A DNA stretch of 64,000 bases, taken from assembly GCA_902519375.1 (NCBI GenBank), contig CABYJS010000003.1:12837-76836 (forward strand). The letters are read 5' to 3'. This DNA is from an uncultured Pelagibacteraceae bacterium. Its GTDB lineage: Bacteria; Pseudomonadota; Alphaproteobacteria; Pelagibacterales; Pelagibacteraceae. Below the pieces are notes generated by a model. The model saw nothing but the letters and a program-made list of their open reading frames with translations, had not been told where the DNA came from and did no database searches. Positions 21,020 to 30,554 of this stretch are shown piece by piece. Position 1 is the stretch's first letter, and each line of letters starts with the position of its first letter. The translations under genes and the position numbers were made by a program.

Positions 21020-21028
21020 AATATTTTA

Positions 21029-21556
21029 TTAATGACCTGGAAATTCAATTAAATTTTCTACCTTATAACCATTTTTTATTAAATTATCACATCCTTTTAA
21101 ATCATAAAGATTTATCACAAATAAAAAAGCTGAGACTTTCCCACCTGAAAGTTCAATCAATTTAGCAGCCGCTTCAGCAGTTCCTCCAGTAGCTATTAAA
21201 TCATCAATTACTAAAACAGTTTCATTTTTCTGAATTGAGTCTTTGTGAACTTCTATAGTTGCGGTCCCATACTCTAATTCAAAGTCAACTGAATGAACAT
21301 CAGCTGGTAACTTATTTTTTTTTCTTAACATTATAAATGGTTTTTTTAAAATATAAGAAACAGCAGAGGCAAATACAAAACCTCTTGATTCTATAGCGGC
21401 TATTTTATCAAATTTAAATTTTTTCGATTTTTCTACAATTTGATCTATAGTTTCCTTAAAGGCTTTTTCATCTTTAATCAAAGTAGTGATATCTCTAAAT
21501 AGTATCCCTTTTTTTGGATAATCTGGGATAGATCTAATAAAATCTTTTAAATTCAT
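21029..21556 (-). CDS. apt: Adenine phosphoribosyltransferase
   Basis: IPDYPKKGILFRDIT, LEYG, VIDDLIATGGT. Confidence 0.95.
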   Translation of the reverse strand: MNLKDFIRSIPDYPKKGILFRDITTLIKDEKAFKETIDQIVEKSKKFKFDKIAAIESRGFVFASAVSYILKKPFIMLRKKNKLPADVHSVDFELEYGTATIEVHKDSIQKNETVLVIDDLIATGGTAEAAAKLIELSGGKVSAFLFVINLYDLKGCDNLIKNGYKVENLIEFPGH

Positions 21557-21597
21557 AATAGTGATTTATAAACCTATAAATAAATTAATTTTTTAAC

Positions 21598-22470
21598 ATG
21601 ACAATAAATAAATTAGCAATCATAGGTGGTAGTGGTCTTTATGATGTTGAAGAGTTCAAAAATAGAGAATTATTGGATTTAAACACACCTTGGGGAAAAC
21701 CTTCTGATCAAATATTAAAAACCAATTATAATGATAAAGAAGTTTATTTTCTACCTCGCCATGGAAGGGGTCATTTTATTTCTCCATCAAAAATAAACTT
21801 TAGAGCAAATATTGATGCTCTTAAACAATTAGGAGTAACAGATATTGTATCGGTTTCTGCAGTTGGTTCTTTAAAAGAAGATTTGCCACCAGGGAAATTT
21901 GTAATTGTAGATCAATTTATAGACCGAACATTTGCAAGAGAAAAAACATTTTTTGACGATGAGATTGTTGCTCATGTTTCTATGGCACATCCGACATCTA
22001 ATGGTTTGATGAATGCTTGTGAAGAAGCAATTAAAAAAGAAAAAATTGAATATCAAAGAAATGGGACATATGTGGTTATGGAAGGTCCTCAATTCTCAAC
22101 TCTTGCAGAATCAAATTTATATAGATCATGGAAAGCAGATGTAATCGGTATGACAAATATGCCTGAAGCAAAATTAGCTAGAGAAGCAGAAATTCGTTAT
22201 GCATCTGTATCGATGGTTACTGATTATGATTGTTGGCATCCAGATCACGAAAATGTTGATGTTCAACAGGTGGTAAAAGTTTTATTAGGTAATGCTGCCA
22301 AAGCAAAGAATATGATTAAAAATTTAATAGAAAATTTTGAAAAATACGTTGACCCTAATGATCCAACTAATAATTGTTTAGATGTGGCTATTATTACTGC
22401 TCCAGAAAAAAGAACAAAAAAAACAATTGATAAACTCAAAACTATAGCTGGACGTGTTTTAAAAAGATGA
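21598..22470 (+). CDS. mtnP: S-methyl-5'-thioadenosine phosphorylase
   Basis: IIGGSGLY, RHGRGH, EGPQFSTLAES, GMTNMPEA, VTDYDCW. Confidence 0.95.
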   Translation: MTINKLAIIGGSGLYDVEEFKNRELLDLNTPWGKPSDQILKTNYNDKEVYFLPRHGRGHFISPSKINFRANIDALKQLGVTDIVSVSAVGSLKEDLPPGKFVIVDQFIDRTFAREKTFFDDEIVAHVSMAHPTSNGLMNACEEAIKKEKIEYQRNGTYVVMEGPQFSTLAESNLYRSWKADVIGMTNMPEAKLAREAEIRYASVSMVTDYDCWHPDHENVDVQQVVKVLLGNAAKAKNMIKNLIENFEKYVDPNDPTNNCLDVAIITAPEKRTKKTIDKLKTIAGRVLKR

Positions 22471-23180
22471 AAAAATTTTTATTTATTATTATTACAACCT
22501 TTATTATTTGCAGTGTTGCATTAGCAAAAAAAAATTTTTCAAGGGGTTATTTTTTTGCTTTAATTGATGATAATGGCTCAACTGGGTTTGTCTTAAGATA
22601 TCATAATGAAAAAAATCCAAATAAATTTGAAATTATTCTTCCTAAAAACTCCCCACCAATAATTTCAGATTATAATTCTAAATATGGTGTTTTGGGTGGA
22701 AAAAGAAAAAAAAAACACAAAGGTATAGATTTTTATCAAAAACCAGGAGAAAAAATTTTAGCAGCAGCTGATGGTAAAGTTTATGGATTAAAGAATAAAG
22801 ATAAATGTGTTGGAAATCAATTTGCAATTTATTTTGGAAAATCTCCGGAGGGAACTAGGCTTTATGCAACACATATGCATGTTGGAAAAATACACGTCAA
22901 AAAAGGTGATGTTGTAAAAAGAGGTCAACACGTTGCTGATAGTGGAAATTTAGTGAAAACTAGATGTGGTGGGGGAATGGAGCATCTTCATTTTCATATG
23001 TCAAAAAGAAAAGGTTCAAATCCTAATTCTTGGGGTACTTGGCGATTTTTAGGAGAACCTAGTGGATGGATTAACCCCCACAAGTATTGGACAAGAGGTG
23101 TTGGAAAACCAGAATGTTTTGTAGAGGGTAGAAAATACCCCGATGGTCTTCTTACATTGCCAGTGGAATGTAAAAATTAA
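22467..23180 (+). CDS. Secreted M23 family metallopeptidase
   Basis: Signal peptide, HKGID (HxxxD), HLH (HxH). Confidence 0.85.
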   Translation: MKKFLFIIITTFIICSVALAKKNFSRGYFFALIDDNGSTGFVLRYHNEKNPNKFEIILPKNSPPIISDYNSKYGVLGGKRKKKHKGIDFYQKPGEKILAAADGKVYGLKNKDKCVGNQFAIYFGKSPEGTRLYATHMHVGKIHVKKGDVVKRGQHVADSGNLVKTRCGGGMEHLHFHMSKRKGSNPNSWGTWRFLGEPSGWINPHKYWTRGVGKPECFVEGRKYPDGLLTLPVECKN

Positions 23181-23183
23181 ATT

Positions 23184-24254
23184 ATGATAATTGAGGGAAA
23201 AGAATACCGTACAATTTGGTTTGAAAATAATGTTGTAAAAATTATTGATCAAACAAAACTTCCACATCAATTTATAATTAAAGACTTAAAAACAGTAAAT
23301 GATGCGATAAACGCCATTAAAGTAATGGAAGTGAGAGGTGCACCTTTAATAGGAGCTACAGCAGCTTATGGATTAGTTTTAGCTATTATAGAAAATAATG
23401 ATCAATCGTTTTTAAAAAAATCTGCAGAAAATTTAATAAGTTCAAGACCAACTGCAATAAATCTCAAGTGGGCTGTTGATAGAATGATGAATAAATTGTC
23501 AGGTGTTAATAGTGAAAAAATTTTTGAAATAGCACTTAATGAAGCAAAAGAAATTTGTGAGGAAGATATTAAATTTTGTTTAAATATTGGATTAAATGGA
23601 CTTAAAATTATAGAAGAAATTTACAATAAAAAAAAAGATACAGTTAATATTTTAACTCATTGTAATGCAGGTTGGCTTGCGACAATAAATTGGGGGACTG
23701 CAACTTCACCAATATATCATGCACACAAAAAAGGTATTCCAGTTCATGTTTGGGCTGATGAAACAAGACCAAGAAACCAAGGAGCCAATTTAACTTCATA
23801 TGAGTTAAATGAAGAAGGAATTAAAAATACAATTATTGCAGACAATACAGGTGGAATTTTGATGCAAAGAGGTGAAGTTGATATGTGTATTGTTGGGACA
23901 GACAGAACTTTATCTAATGGAGATGTGTGTAATAAAGTTGGAACCTATCTTAAAGCGTTAGCAGCAAATGATAATAATGTTCCATTTTATGTAGCTTTAC
24001 CAAGTTCTACAATTGATTGGAGTATTAAAGATCATAAAGATATTCCAATTGAAGAGAGAAATTCACATGAATTATCTCATGTGGAAGGTTTAGATGAAAA
24101 AGGAAATATAAAGAAAATACAAATATATCCAAAAAAAAGTAAATCGAAGAACTTAGCTTTTGATGTAACACCTGCAAAATATGTTACAGGATTAATTACT
24201 GAGAAAGGTGTATGTGAAGCATCAGAAAAAGGACTAAAAGAATTATTCAAATGA
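23184..24254 (+). CDS. mtnA: S-methyl-5-thioribose-1-phosphate isomerase
   Basis: VRGAPLIG, SRPTAINL, THCNAGWLA, ETRPRNQG, NKVGTY, AFDVTP. Confidence 0.95.
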   Translation: MIIEGKEYRTIWFENNVVKIIDQTKLPHQFIIKDLKTVNDAINAIKVMEVRGAPLIGATAAYGLVLAIIENNDQSFLKKSAENLISSRPTAINLKWAVDRMMNKLSGVNSEKIFEIALNEAKEICEEDIKFCLNIGLNGLKIIEEIYNKKKDTVNILTHCNAGWLATINWGTATSPIYHAHKKGIPVHVWADETRPRNQGANLTSYELNEEGIKNTIIADNTGGILMQRGEVDMCIVGTDRTLSNGDVCNKVGTYLKALAANDNNVPFYVALPSSTIDWSIKDHKDIPIEERNSHELSHVEGLDEKGNIKKIQIYPKKSKSKNLAFDVTPAKYVTGLITEKGVCEASEKGLKELFK

Positions 24255-24904
24255 AGAATCTAGATCAAAGAAATCAAATTATTGAATATTCATTAAAATT
24301 AAACTCTACAAATCTTTCACCTCTTAGATCTGGTAACATATCTTTGAGAGGAAAAGAAGATAACAAAGAGGGATACTTAATTACTCCATCAGGAAAAAAA
24401 TATGAAACACTAAAACCTGAAGATATTGTTTTTATGGGTTTAAATGAAGAAAAAAAAAATGATTCAGCCAATAAACCTTCATCAGAGTGGAGATTTCACA
24501 GAGATATTTATCTAAATAAAAAAGAAGCACATGCTATCGTTCATGCCCATTCTCCACACGCAACAGCTGTTTCTTCACACGGAAAAACTATACCACCATT
24601 TCATTATATGATTGCTCTTGCAGGAGGAGATGACATTAAATGTGCTGAATACGCTACTTTTGGAACTGAAGAATTATCTAACAATGTTATTAAAGCTTTA
24701 GAAAATAGATCTGCATGTTTAATGTCTAATCACGGTCAGGTTGCTTTTGGTAAAAATTTAGAGGATGCATTTGAACTTGCACAAGAGATAGAAAACATTT
24801 GTCATCAATACACTATTGCTCTAAAATTAGGGCAACCTAAGATTCTTTCATTTGAAGAAATGAAAAAAGTTTTAGACAAGGCTAAGAATTATAAAAAAGG
24901 GTAA
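24251..24904 (+). CDS. Class II aldolase (FucA/Ald2-type, putative 5-methylthioribulose-1-P/5-deoxyribulose-1-P aldolase)
   Basis: SGNIS, PSSEWRFH, HAHS, FHYMIALAGG, YATFGT, NHG. Confidence 0.85.
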   Translation: MKNLDQRNQIIEYSLKLNSTNLSPLRSGNISLRGKEDNKEGYLITPSGKKYETLKPEDIVFMGLNEEKKNDSANKPSSEWRFHRDIYLNKKEAHAIVHAHSPHATAVSSHGKTIPPFHYMIALAGGDDIKCAEYATFGTEELSNNVIKALENRSACLMSNHGQVAFGKNLEDAFELAQEIENICHQYTIALKLGQPKILSFEEMKKVLDKAKNYKKG

Positions 24905-24905
24905 G

Positions 24906-25946
24906 ATGATTAAAGTCGGGGAGCATATTACTTTAGATATTATAGGTACTACAAAAGAGTACGAACCTTCAGTCTATGAAAGAGTTATACATAAAATAGC
25001 TGAAGCAGCTAATGTAACTATTTTAAACATCTCCAAGTATAAATTTGAACCTCAAGGATTTACTATTTTAGCATTATTAGCTGAAAGTCATATCAGCTTT
25101 CATACTTTTCCTGAAAAGGGAATAATAAGTTTTGATTTTTTTACTTGTGGTAAAATAAGCCCATCTGTTGCAATCGATATTGTTAAAAATGAATTTGAAC
25201 ACAAAAGAATAGTTAAAAAAGAATTTAATAGAGATACCAGATCTCTTTATCATGATATTTATAGCTCACCTGGTTTACAAAAATCATATGTTGTAAATGA
25301 GGTTTTAGAAGATTTTAAATCTAAAGTTGGTCAACATATTGAAATTTTAGAATTAGAACAATTTGGAAAGTCTTTATTTATTGATGGTGAAATACAAGTA
25401 GCGGCATCTGATGAACATTTATATAGCTCAACTTTTGTTGGAGCTAGCTTAAAATTAAATAAAAAAAATGAAAGAGCAGCAATCATTGGAGGTGGTGATG
25501 GTGGTGTCGCAAGAGAATGTATTTCAAAAAAGTTTAATTTTATAGATTGGTACGAACTTGATCCAGAAGTTGTGGAAGTTTGCAATAAACATTTAGGTGA
25601 TATAGGAAAAAAAGCTACAGAAAAAAATTCAGTTAAATGTGTATGGGGCGATGCTTTTGAAAGTATCAAAACTGTAAACGAAGATACATATGATCATATT
25701 TTTATAGATTTGAATGATGACCAGTTTTGTATAGATCTTGCTGCTAAAAATATGGACTTCTTAGTTAGAATACTTAAACCTAAAGGAGTAATTACTGCAC
25801 AGGTTGGTAGCCAGGATAAAAAACCTCATCAAGTTGAAAATTGGTTAAATGTATTTCACCATCACTTTGGAAATACTAAGTTGTCGAGAATATATGTACC
25901 AAGTTTTGATTGTTCCTGGAATTTTTCTTCTTCAATAAATCATTAA
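24906..25946 (+). CDS. speD-speE: S-adenosylmethionine decarboxylase-spermidine synthase (SpeD-SpeE) fusion
   Basis: N-terminal F.PQG...LAESHISFHTFPE...DFFTCG (pyruvoyl ES site); C-terminal LFIDGEIQ and IIGGGDGG aminopropyltransferase motifs. Confidence 0.85.
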   Translation: MIKVGEHITLDIIGTTKEYEPSVYERVIHKIAEAANVTILNISKYKFEPQGFTILALLAESHISFHTFPEKGIISFDFFTCGKISPSVAIDIVKNEFEHKRIVKKEFNRDTRSLYHDIYSSPGLQKSYVVNEVLEDFKSKVGQHIEILELEQFGKSLFIDGEIQVAASDEHLYSSTFVGASLKLNKKNERAAIIGGGDGGVARECISKKFNFIDWYELDPEVVEVCNKHLGDIGKKATEKNSVKCVWGDAFESIKTVNEDTYDHIFIDLNDDQFCIDLAAKNMDFLVRILKPKGVITAQVGSQDKKPHQVENWLNVFHHHFGNTKLSRIYVPSFDCSWNFSSSINH

Positions 25947-25970
25947 TCTTTAACAGATCAAATAAAAAAA

Positions 25971-26360
25971 TTAATAATTTGTATATTCTTTTATTTCTTT
26001 AATTTTTGAATTCGTTAAATTATTAATTTCAAGTTTTATTTTAGCTCTATCATCATTTAAAAAATGAACTTCCCTTGAGAGTTTAATAAATTTTTCATCA
26101 AATTTCTTCTTTTTTTCACATAGTCTTTTGTTATCTTCTATAACCCAAAGTTTTAAATTTACTTCTTTTAGTGACTTATAAAGTTCATCAAGTTTATCAC
26201 TTAATTTTATAATATTTTTAAGTTGATTTTTTAATATTGAATACTCATCTTTAATAAATCTTAATTTTTCAGGATCTTTAATTTTTTCTTGTTTAATTTC
26301 TAAAATTGAAATTTTATCTAAAAGCTCACCAACTGAAACTTCAATTATAATTTTATTCAT
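25971..26360 (-). CDS. DUF6165-like protein
   Basis: VSVGELLDKISILEIK, LWVIED, NDDRAKIK...EIKEY. Confidence 0.7.
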   Translation of the reverse strand: MNKIIIEVSVGELLDKISILEIKQEKIKDPEKLRFIKDEYSILKNQLKNIIKLSDKLDELYKSLKEVNLKLWVIEDNKRLCEKKKKFDEKFIKLSREVHFLNDDRAKIKLEINNLTNSKIKEIKEYTNY

Positions 26361-26392
26361 AAAATTTAATACTGTGTTATCTTGTTATAAAT

Positions 26393-27334
26393 ATGTCTAA
26401 CATTTTAATTATCAAACACGGCTCATTAGGAGATATAGCTCAAGCTAGTGGTGCAATTCAAGACATATCTGAAAATTATAAGGATGATCAAATTTATTTG
26501 CTTACCACAAAACCTTTTTTAGAATTATTCAAGAAAAATCCTTTTATTCATGATGTAATTTTAGATAAACGATTACCTAAATATAATTTAATTTATTTAT
26601 ATTTTTTAATGCGAGAATTAAAGAAACATAAATTTATTAAAGTTTTTGACTTACAAAATTCATCTAGAACTAAATTTTATAAGAATATTCTTTTTCCAAA
26701 AGCAAATCATGAAATCTGGTCAAGCTCATATACAACATTACCAATTGATACAGATAAAGATAAGTTTGACAAAAAATCAGTGCTTGAAAGATTTGATCAT
26801 CAGCTAAAAAAATCTAATTTGAATACTAAAAATACATTAAAACCAAATTTTAGTTGGGTTACTACAGAAATAAAAAAGATAAAAGATAAATTTAGTTTAG
26901 AAAAATATATTTTATTATTTCCTTTTTGCTCACCACATCTGACTTTAAAAAAATGGCCTTATTATAATGATTTAATAAAATTAATTACTGATAAATTTGG
27001 TGATGAATATAAGATTGTAATTGCACCAGGACCAAATGAAATTAATGAAAGTATAAATATAAATGCATTAGCTTTATTAGATGATGGCAAAGCTTTAGAC
27101 ATTTCACAACTAACATCAATAATAAAAGAAAGTTCTTTTGTTGTGGCAAATGATACAGGTCCGGCACATATTGCAGCACATGTTGGCGCTAAGGGTTTGA
27201 CACTATTTGGAAAACACACAACAGCCTATAAAGTAAATATCGAAAGAGAAAACTTTAAAGCTATACAAGTTGAAGATTTAAATAATTTAAGTGCAGAAAA
27301 AGTTTTTGAAAGATTGGTTAAATCTTTATCCTAA
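26393..27334 (+). CDS. Glycosyltransferase family 9 (heptosyltransferase-like)
   Basis: HGSLGD, DLQNS, KKWP, NDTGPAHIAA. Confidence 0.9.
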   Translation: MSNILIIKHGSLGDIAQASGAIQDISENYKDDQIYLLTTKPFLELFKKNPFIHDVILDKRLPKYNLIYLYFLMRELKKHKFIKVFDLQNSSRTKFYKNILFPKANHEIWSSSYTTLPIDTDKDKFDKKSVLERFDHQLKKSNLNTKNTLKPNFSWVTTEIKKIKDKFSLEKYILLFPFCSPHLTLKKWPYYNDLIKLITDKFGDEYKIVIAPGPNEINESININALALLDDGKALDISQLTSIIKESSFVVANDTGPAHIAAHVGAKGLTLFGKHTTAYKVNIERENFKAIQVEDLNNLSAEKVFERLVKSLS

Positions 27335-28413
27335 TTAAGAATTTTCTTATAATCTTCAATTATTTTGTGCCATTGGAACTTTGATACAAATTCTTTAGCA
27401 TTTTTTCCAAGTTCAATATATTTTTTATTTTCAATCATTAAATTTAAAGATGAATAAATATCCTCAAGATTATTTCCATCACAAATAATTCCAGTTTTAT
27501 CATGTTTAATTGCATCAGATGCTCCTCCATCTTTACCTCCAAGAGACGGAACGCTGTATTGAGCAGCCTCTACGTATGATATTCCAAATCCTTCAACAGA
27601 AGTTTTACTAATAATTGAAGGCATAACAAAAATATTTGATTTAGCTATTAAAGCATTTTTTAAGTTTTCAGTAATTTCTTTAAAAAACATTACCTGCGAA
27701 CTTAGATTGAGCTCTTGCACTAATTTCTTTAAATTTTCTTCTTCTTCACCATGACCAATACAAATATAAACAATATCAGGATATTGTTGTTTTAAATTTC
27801 TTAAAGCCATAATTATTTTTTCATGATTTTTTCTTTTATCGTATCTCGAAACAGTTATTAATCTAGGTGATTTAATTTTAAGTAAACTTTCAACCTTTTC
27901 TAATGATTTTTTATCTAATTCTTTAACAGTATTAACTCCAGGGTTAATAACTTTAATTTTGTTTTTATCTATTCCATTATCAATCGCTAAATTTTTCGTA
28001 AACTCTGAATTAGCAATCACTTTTTCAGTTTTATTCAAAACTTTATTAATTCTTTTGTTAATTGAACTCCCTTTAGAATGATTGATTTCTTTACCATGGA
28101 TCAAGCAATATTTCTTCTTATCTGTTTTGATTAATTCTAGACTTTTCCAATGATCAGCAATAATTCCTTTCACTTTATTTTCTTTCAAAAATTCATTAAT
28201 TAATTGAGCTTTTCTTATTTTTCTTAAAAATTTTATTCCTCCAACTCTTTCAATAGAAAAGTTTTCTTTTTGATCAAATTCTTTATGATTTTCTTGGTAA
28301 TCAGCAAAAACTTTAATCATAAAGTTTTTAGACATCTCTTTTGTTAGTCCCCACATTAAACTTTGCATACCACCTACTTCTGGTGGAAAAGATCTAGTTA
28401 CTATTAGATACAT
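27331..28413 (-). CDS. Glycosyltransferase family 4
   Basis: FPPEVGGMQ, EGFGISYVEA. Confidence 0.9.
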   Translation of the reverse strand: MYLIVTRSFPPEVGGMQSLMWGLTKEMSKNFMIKVFADYQENHKEFDQKENFSIERVGGIKFLRKIRKAQLINEFLKENKVKGIIADHWKSLELIKTDKKKYCLIHGKEINHSKGSSINKRINKVLNKTEKVIANSEFTKNLAIDNGIDKNKIKVINPGVNTVKELDKKSLEKVESLLKIKSPRLITVSRYDKRKNHEKIIMALRNLKQQYPDIVYICIGHGEEEENLKKLVQELNLSSQVMFFKEITENLKNALIAKSNIFVMPSIISKTSVEGFGISYVEAAQYSVPSLGGKDGGASDAIKHDKTGIICDGNNLEDIYSSLNLMIENKKYIELGKNAKEFVSKFQWHKIIEDYKKILN

Positions 28414-28416
28414 TAA

Positions 28417-28968
28417 TTATTGTTTCCACTTAATACCACAACCAGCACTTGGTATTTGACTTTCAGGTCCTTTTCCTATTTCAGCTATTTGCCTCATTGC
28501 TTTGAGTAAATCGCTATCTCCACTTCTAACAGGAATTAAGTTTTTCAATTCTCTTAATCTACCTCTGTATTGAAGTTCAAGATTTTTATTATAGCCAAAA
28601 AAATCAGGTGTACACACTGCATCATAAATTTTTGCTGTTTCTTGGGTTTCATCATTTAGATAAGGAAAACTAAATTTATTTTTTTTGGCAAATTCAATCA
28701 TGTTATCAAAAGAGTCTTCTGGATAATTTTCAGCATCGTTTGCACATATAGCAACAGAATTAATTCCAATTTTTTTTAATTCATTGCAGTCTTCTACAAT
28801 ATCTTTAGTAACTGCTTTAACATAAGGGCAATGATTACAAATAAACATAATCAAAGTTCCATTTTCACCTTTGACATCATTTAAGGATAATATTTTATTA
28901 TCAGTAGATTTTAATTCAAAGTTATAAGCTTTTTGACCAAAATCACATATTGGAGTTTGTATGGGCAT
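28417..28968 (-). CDS. Thioredoxin-fold AhpC/TSA-like protein
   Basis: FICNHCPYV, AVCTPDFF, PSAGCGIKWK. Confidence 0.9.
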   Translation of the reverse strand: MPIQTPICDFGQKAYNFELKSTDNKILSLNDVKGENGTLIMFICNHCPYVKAVTKDIVEDCNELKKIGINSVAICANDAENYPEDSFDNMIEFAKKNKFSFPYLNDETQETAKIYDAVCTPDFFGYNKNLELQYRGRLRELKNLIPVRSGDSDLLKAMRQIAEIGKGPESQIPSAGCGIKWKQ

Positions 28969-28988
28969 AATGTAATAATATATAAATT

Positions 28989-29501
28989 ATGTTTTACGAT
29001 TTAAAAGATAAAAAACCAAAAAACTCTGGCGAAAATTGGGTAGCGCCTAATGCAACCATAATAGGTGATGTTACCTTAGAGAAAAACTCAAGTATTTGGT
29101 TTAATGCTACATTAAGGGGGGATATAGAAAATATTCATATAGGTGAGGGTTCAAACGTCCAAGATGGAAGTGTTCTGCATACTGACCCAGGCTATCCAAT
29201 TAAAGTTGGAAAAGATGTAACCATAGGTCATATGGTTATGCTTCATGGCTGTACGATAGGGGATAATAGTTTAATTGGAATTGGTGCTGTAATTTTAAAT
29301 AATGCTAAAATTGGAAAAAATTGTATTATAGGTGCAAAAGCTTTAATTACTGAAAATAAGGAAATACCAGACAACTCTTTAGTGATTGGTTCACCTGGAA
29401 AGGTGGTTAGAGAAGTCTCTGAGGAAGAAAAAAAAGCAGTTTTTGAAAATACCAAACATTATCAAGATAACTGGAAAAGATATTCAAAATCTATATTCTA
29501 A
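28989..29501 (+). CDS. Gamma-class carbonic anhydrase family protein
   Basis: Hexapeptide repeats, [22 protein letters not shown]. Confidence 0.9.
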   Translation: MFYDLKDKKPKNSGENWVAPNATIIGDVTLEKNSSIWFNATLRGDIENIHIGEGSNVQDGSVLHTDPGYPIKVGKDVTIGHMVMLHGCTIGDNSLIGIGAVILNNAKIGKNCIIGAKALITENKEIPDNSLVIGSPGKVVREVSEEEKKAVFENTKHYQDNWKRYSKSIF

Positions 29502-29506
29502 TTATT

Positions 29507-29947
29507 ATGCCAACTTACACTGTAACAAATTCAAATTTTAACTTATCCTCAAAACAACAAAAGAATTTAGCTGAGGGAATAACTAAAGTTCACAATGTAG
29601 TTACAGGGGCTAATACTTATTTTGCACAAGTTATATTTAATAAAACTAAAAAAAATAATCATTTTATGGGAGGTAAAAAAGTAAAAGAACCATCCATGTT
29701 TTTATTGGGTCAAATTAGAGCTGGACGATCAAAAGAAGTAAAAGACAAATTAATTTCAGATTTAAAAGATGTGATGGTAAAAAATTCCAAATTAGATGAA
29801 ACCCAAATTTGGGTTTACATAAATGATCTTCCACCATCTCAGATGATTGAATATGGAGCGGTTTTACCAGAATCAGGTAAAGAGAGCGAGTGGTTTACAA
29901 ACTTATCACCGAAACTTAAGAAAAAACTCTCTGCAATTGAAAATTAG
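29507..29947 (+). CDS. Tautomerase superfamily, cis-CaaD/Cg10062-like
   Basis: After Met removal: P1, H28, R70, R73, Y103, E114; C-terminal EYG..LP..G.E..WF. Confidence 0.85.
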   Translation: MPTYTVTNSNFNLSSKQQKNLAEGITKVHNVVTGANTYFAQVIFNKTKKNNHFMGGKKVKEPSMFLLGQIRAGRSKEVKDKLISDLKDVMVKNSKLDETQIWVYINDLPPSQMIEYGAVLPESGKESEWFTNLSPKLKKKLSAIEN

Positions 29948-29948
29948 T

Positions 29949-30548
29949 TTAAGGAACTAACCAAGTTTCTTTTTTAGTTTCTAAATCAAACCGAGCTCTA
30001 CGATGGCCTTTAGCTGCAAGATAAAGCCACTCAATTAATTTTATTTTACATTGAATTACTGTAAAATTTTTATAACCTTCTTCACTTTGCTCCATAGTAT
30101 ATTCAAAATTGTCTAATTCAGGTTTTAATCCAGATGTTGGTGATGCAGATTCTGAACCCGGGCCATTATCAACTAAATAACATTTTCTACTAATATGCTG
30201 AGTTTTTGACCAAGATTCTTTTGTAATTTCATTGTTGTGATTTATTACACATTCAATTTTTAATCTGACTTGTATCTTTTCGTCTTTATCATAAAAAAGC
30301 ATCGCTGCTTTTGGATTTTTTTTTAGTTTCTCAATCTTGTCTGATCTTATATCGCTGTGAAATTGAACTGTATTATTTAGTTGATCTGATTTTCTTAGAA
30401 CAACAATTCTTCCATCAAAATCAGATTGGTCACCACAAATGAAAGTGGGTATTCTAAATTGTGATGCTCTATTGGTTATTGCATCATCTAGCATAAGCCA
30501 GACCTTCTTCTTTATCTCATTAAAATCTTCGTAGTATGCTGGTTGCAT
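29949..30548 (-). CDS. Pyridoxamine 5'-phosphate oxidase-like FMN-binding protein
   Basis: RIVVLR, FHSDIRSDK, LFYD, EWLYLAAKGHRRARF. Confidence 0.85.
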   Translation of the reverse strand: MQPAYYEDFNEIKKKVWLMLDDAITNRASQFRIPTFICGDQSDFDGRIVVLRKSDQLNNTVQFHSDIRSDKIEKLKKNPKAAMLFYDKDEKIQVRLKIECVINHNNEITKESWSKTQHISRKCYLVDNGPGSESASPTSGLKPELDNFEYTMEQSEEGYKNFTVIQCKIKLIEWLYLAAKGHRRARFDLETKKETWLVP

Positions 30549-30554
30549 ACGAGG

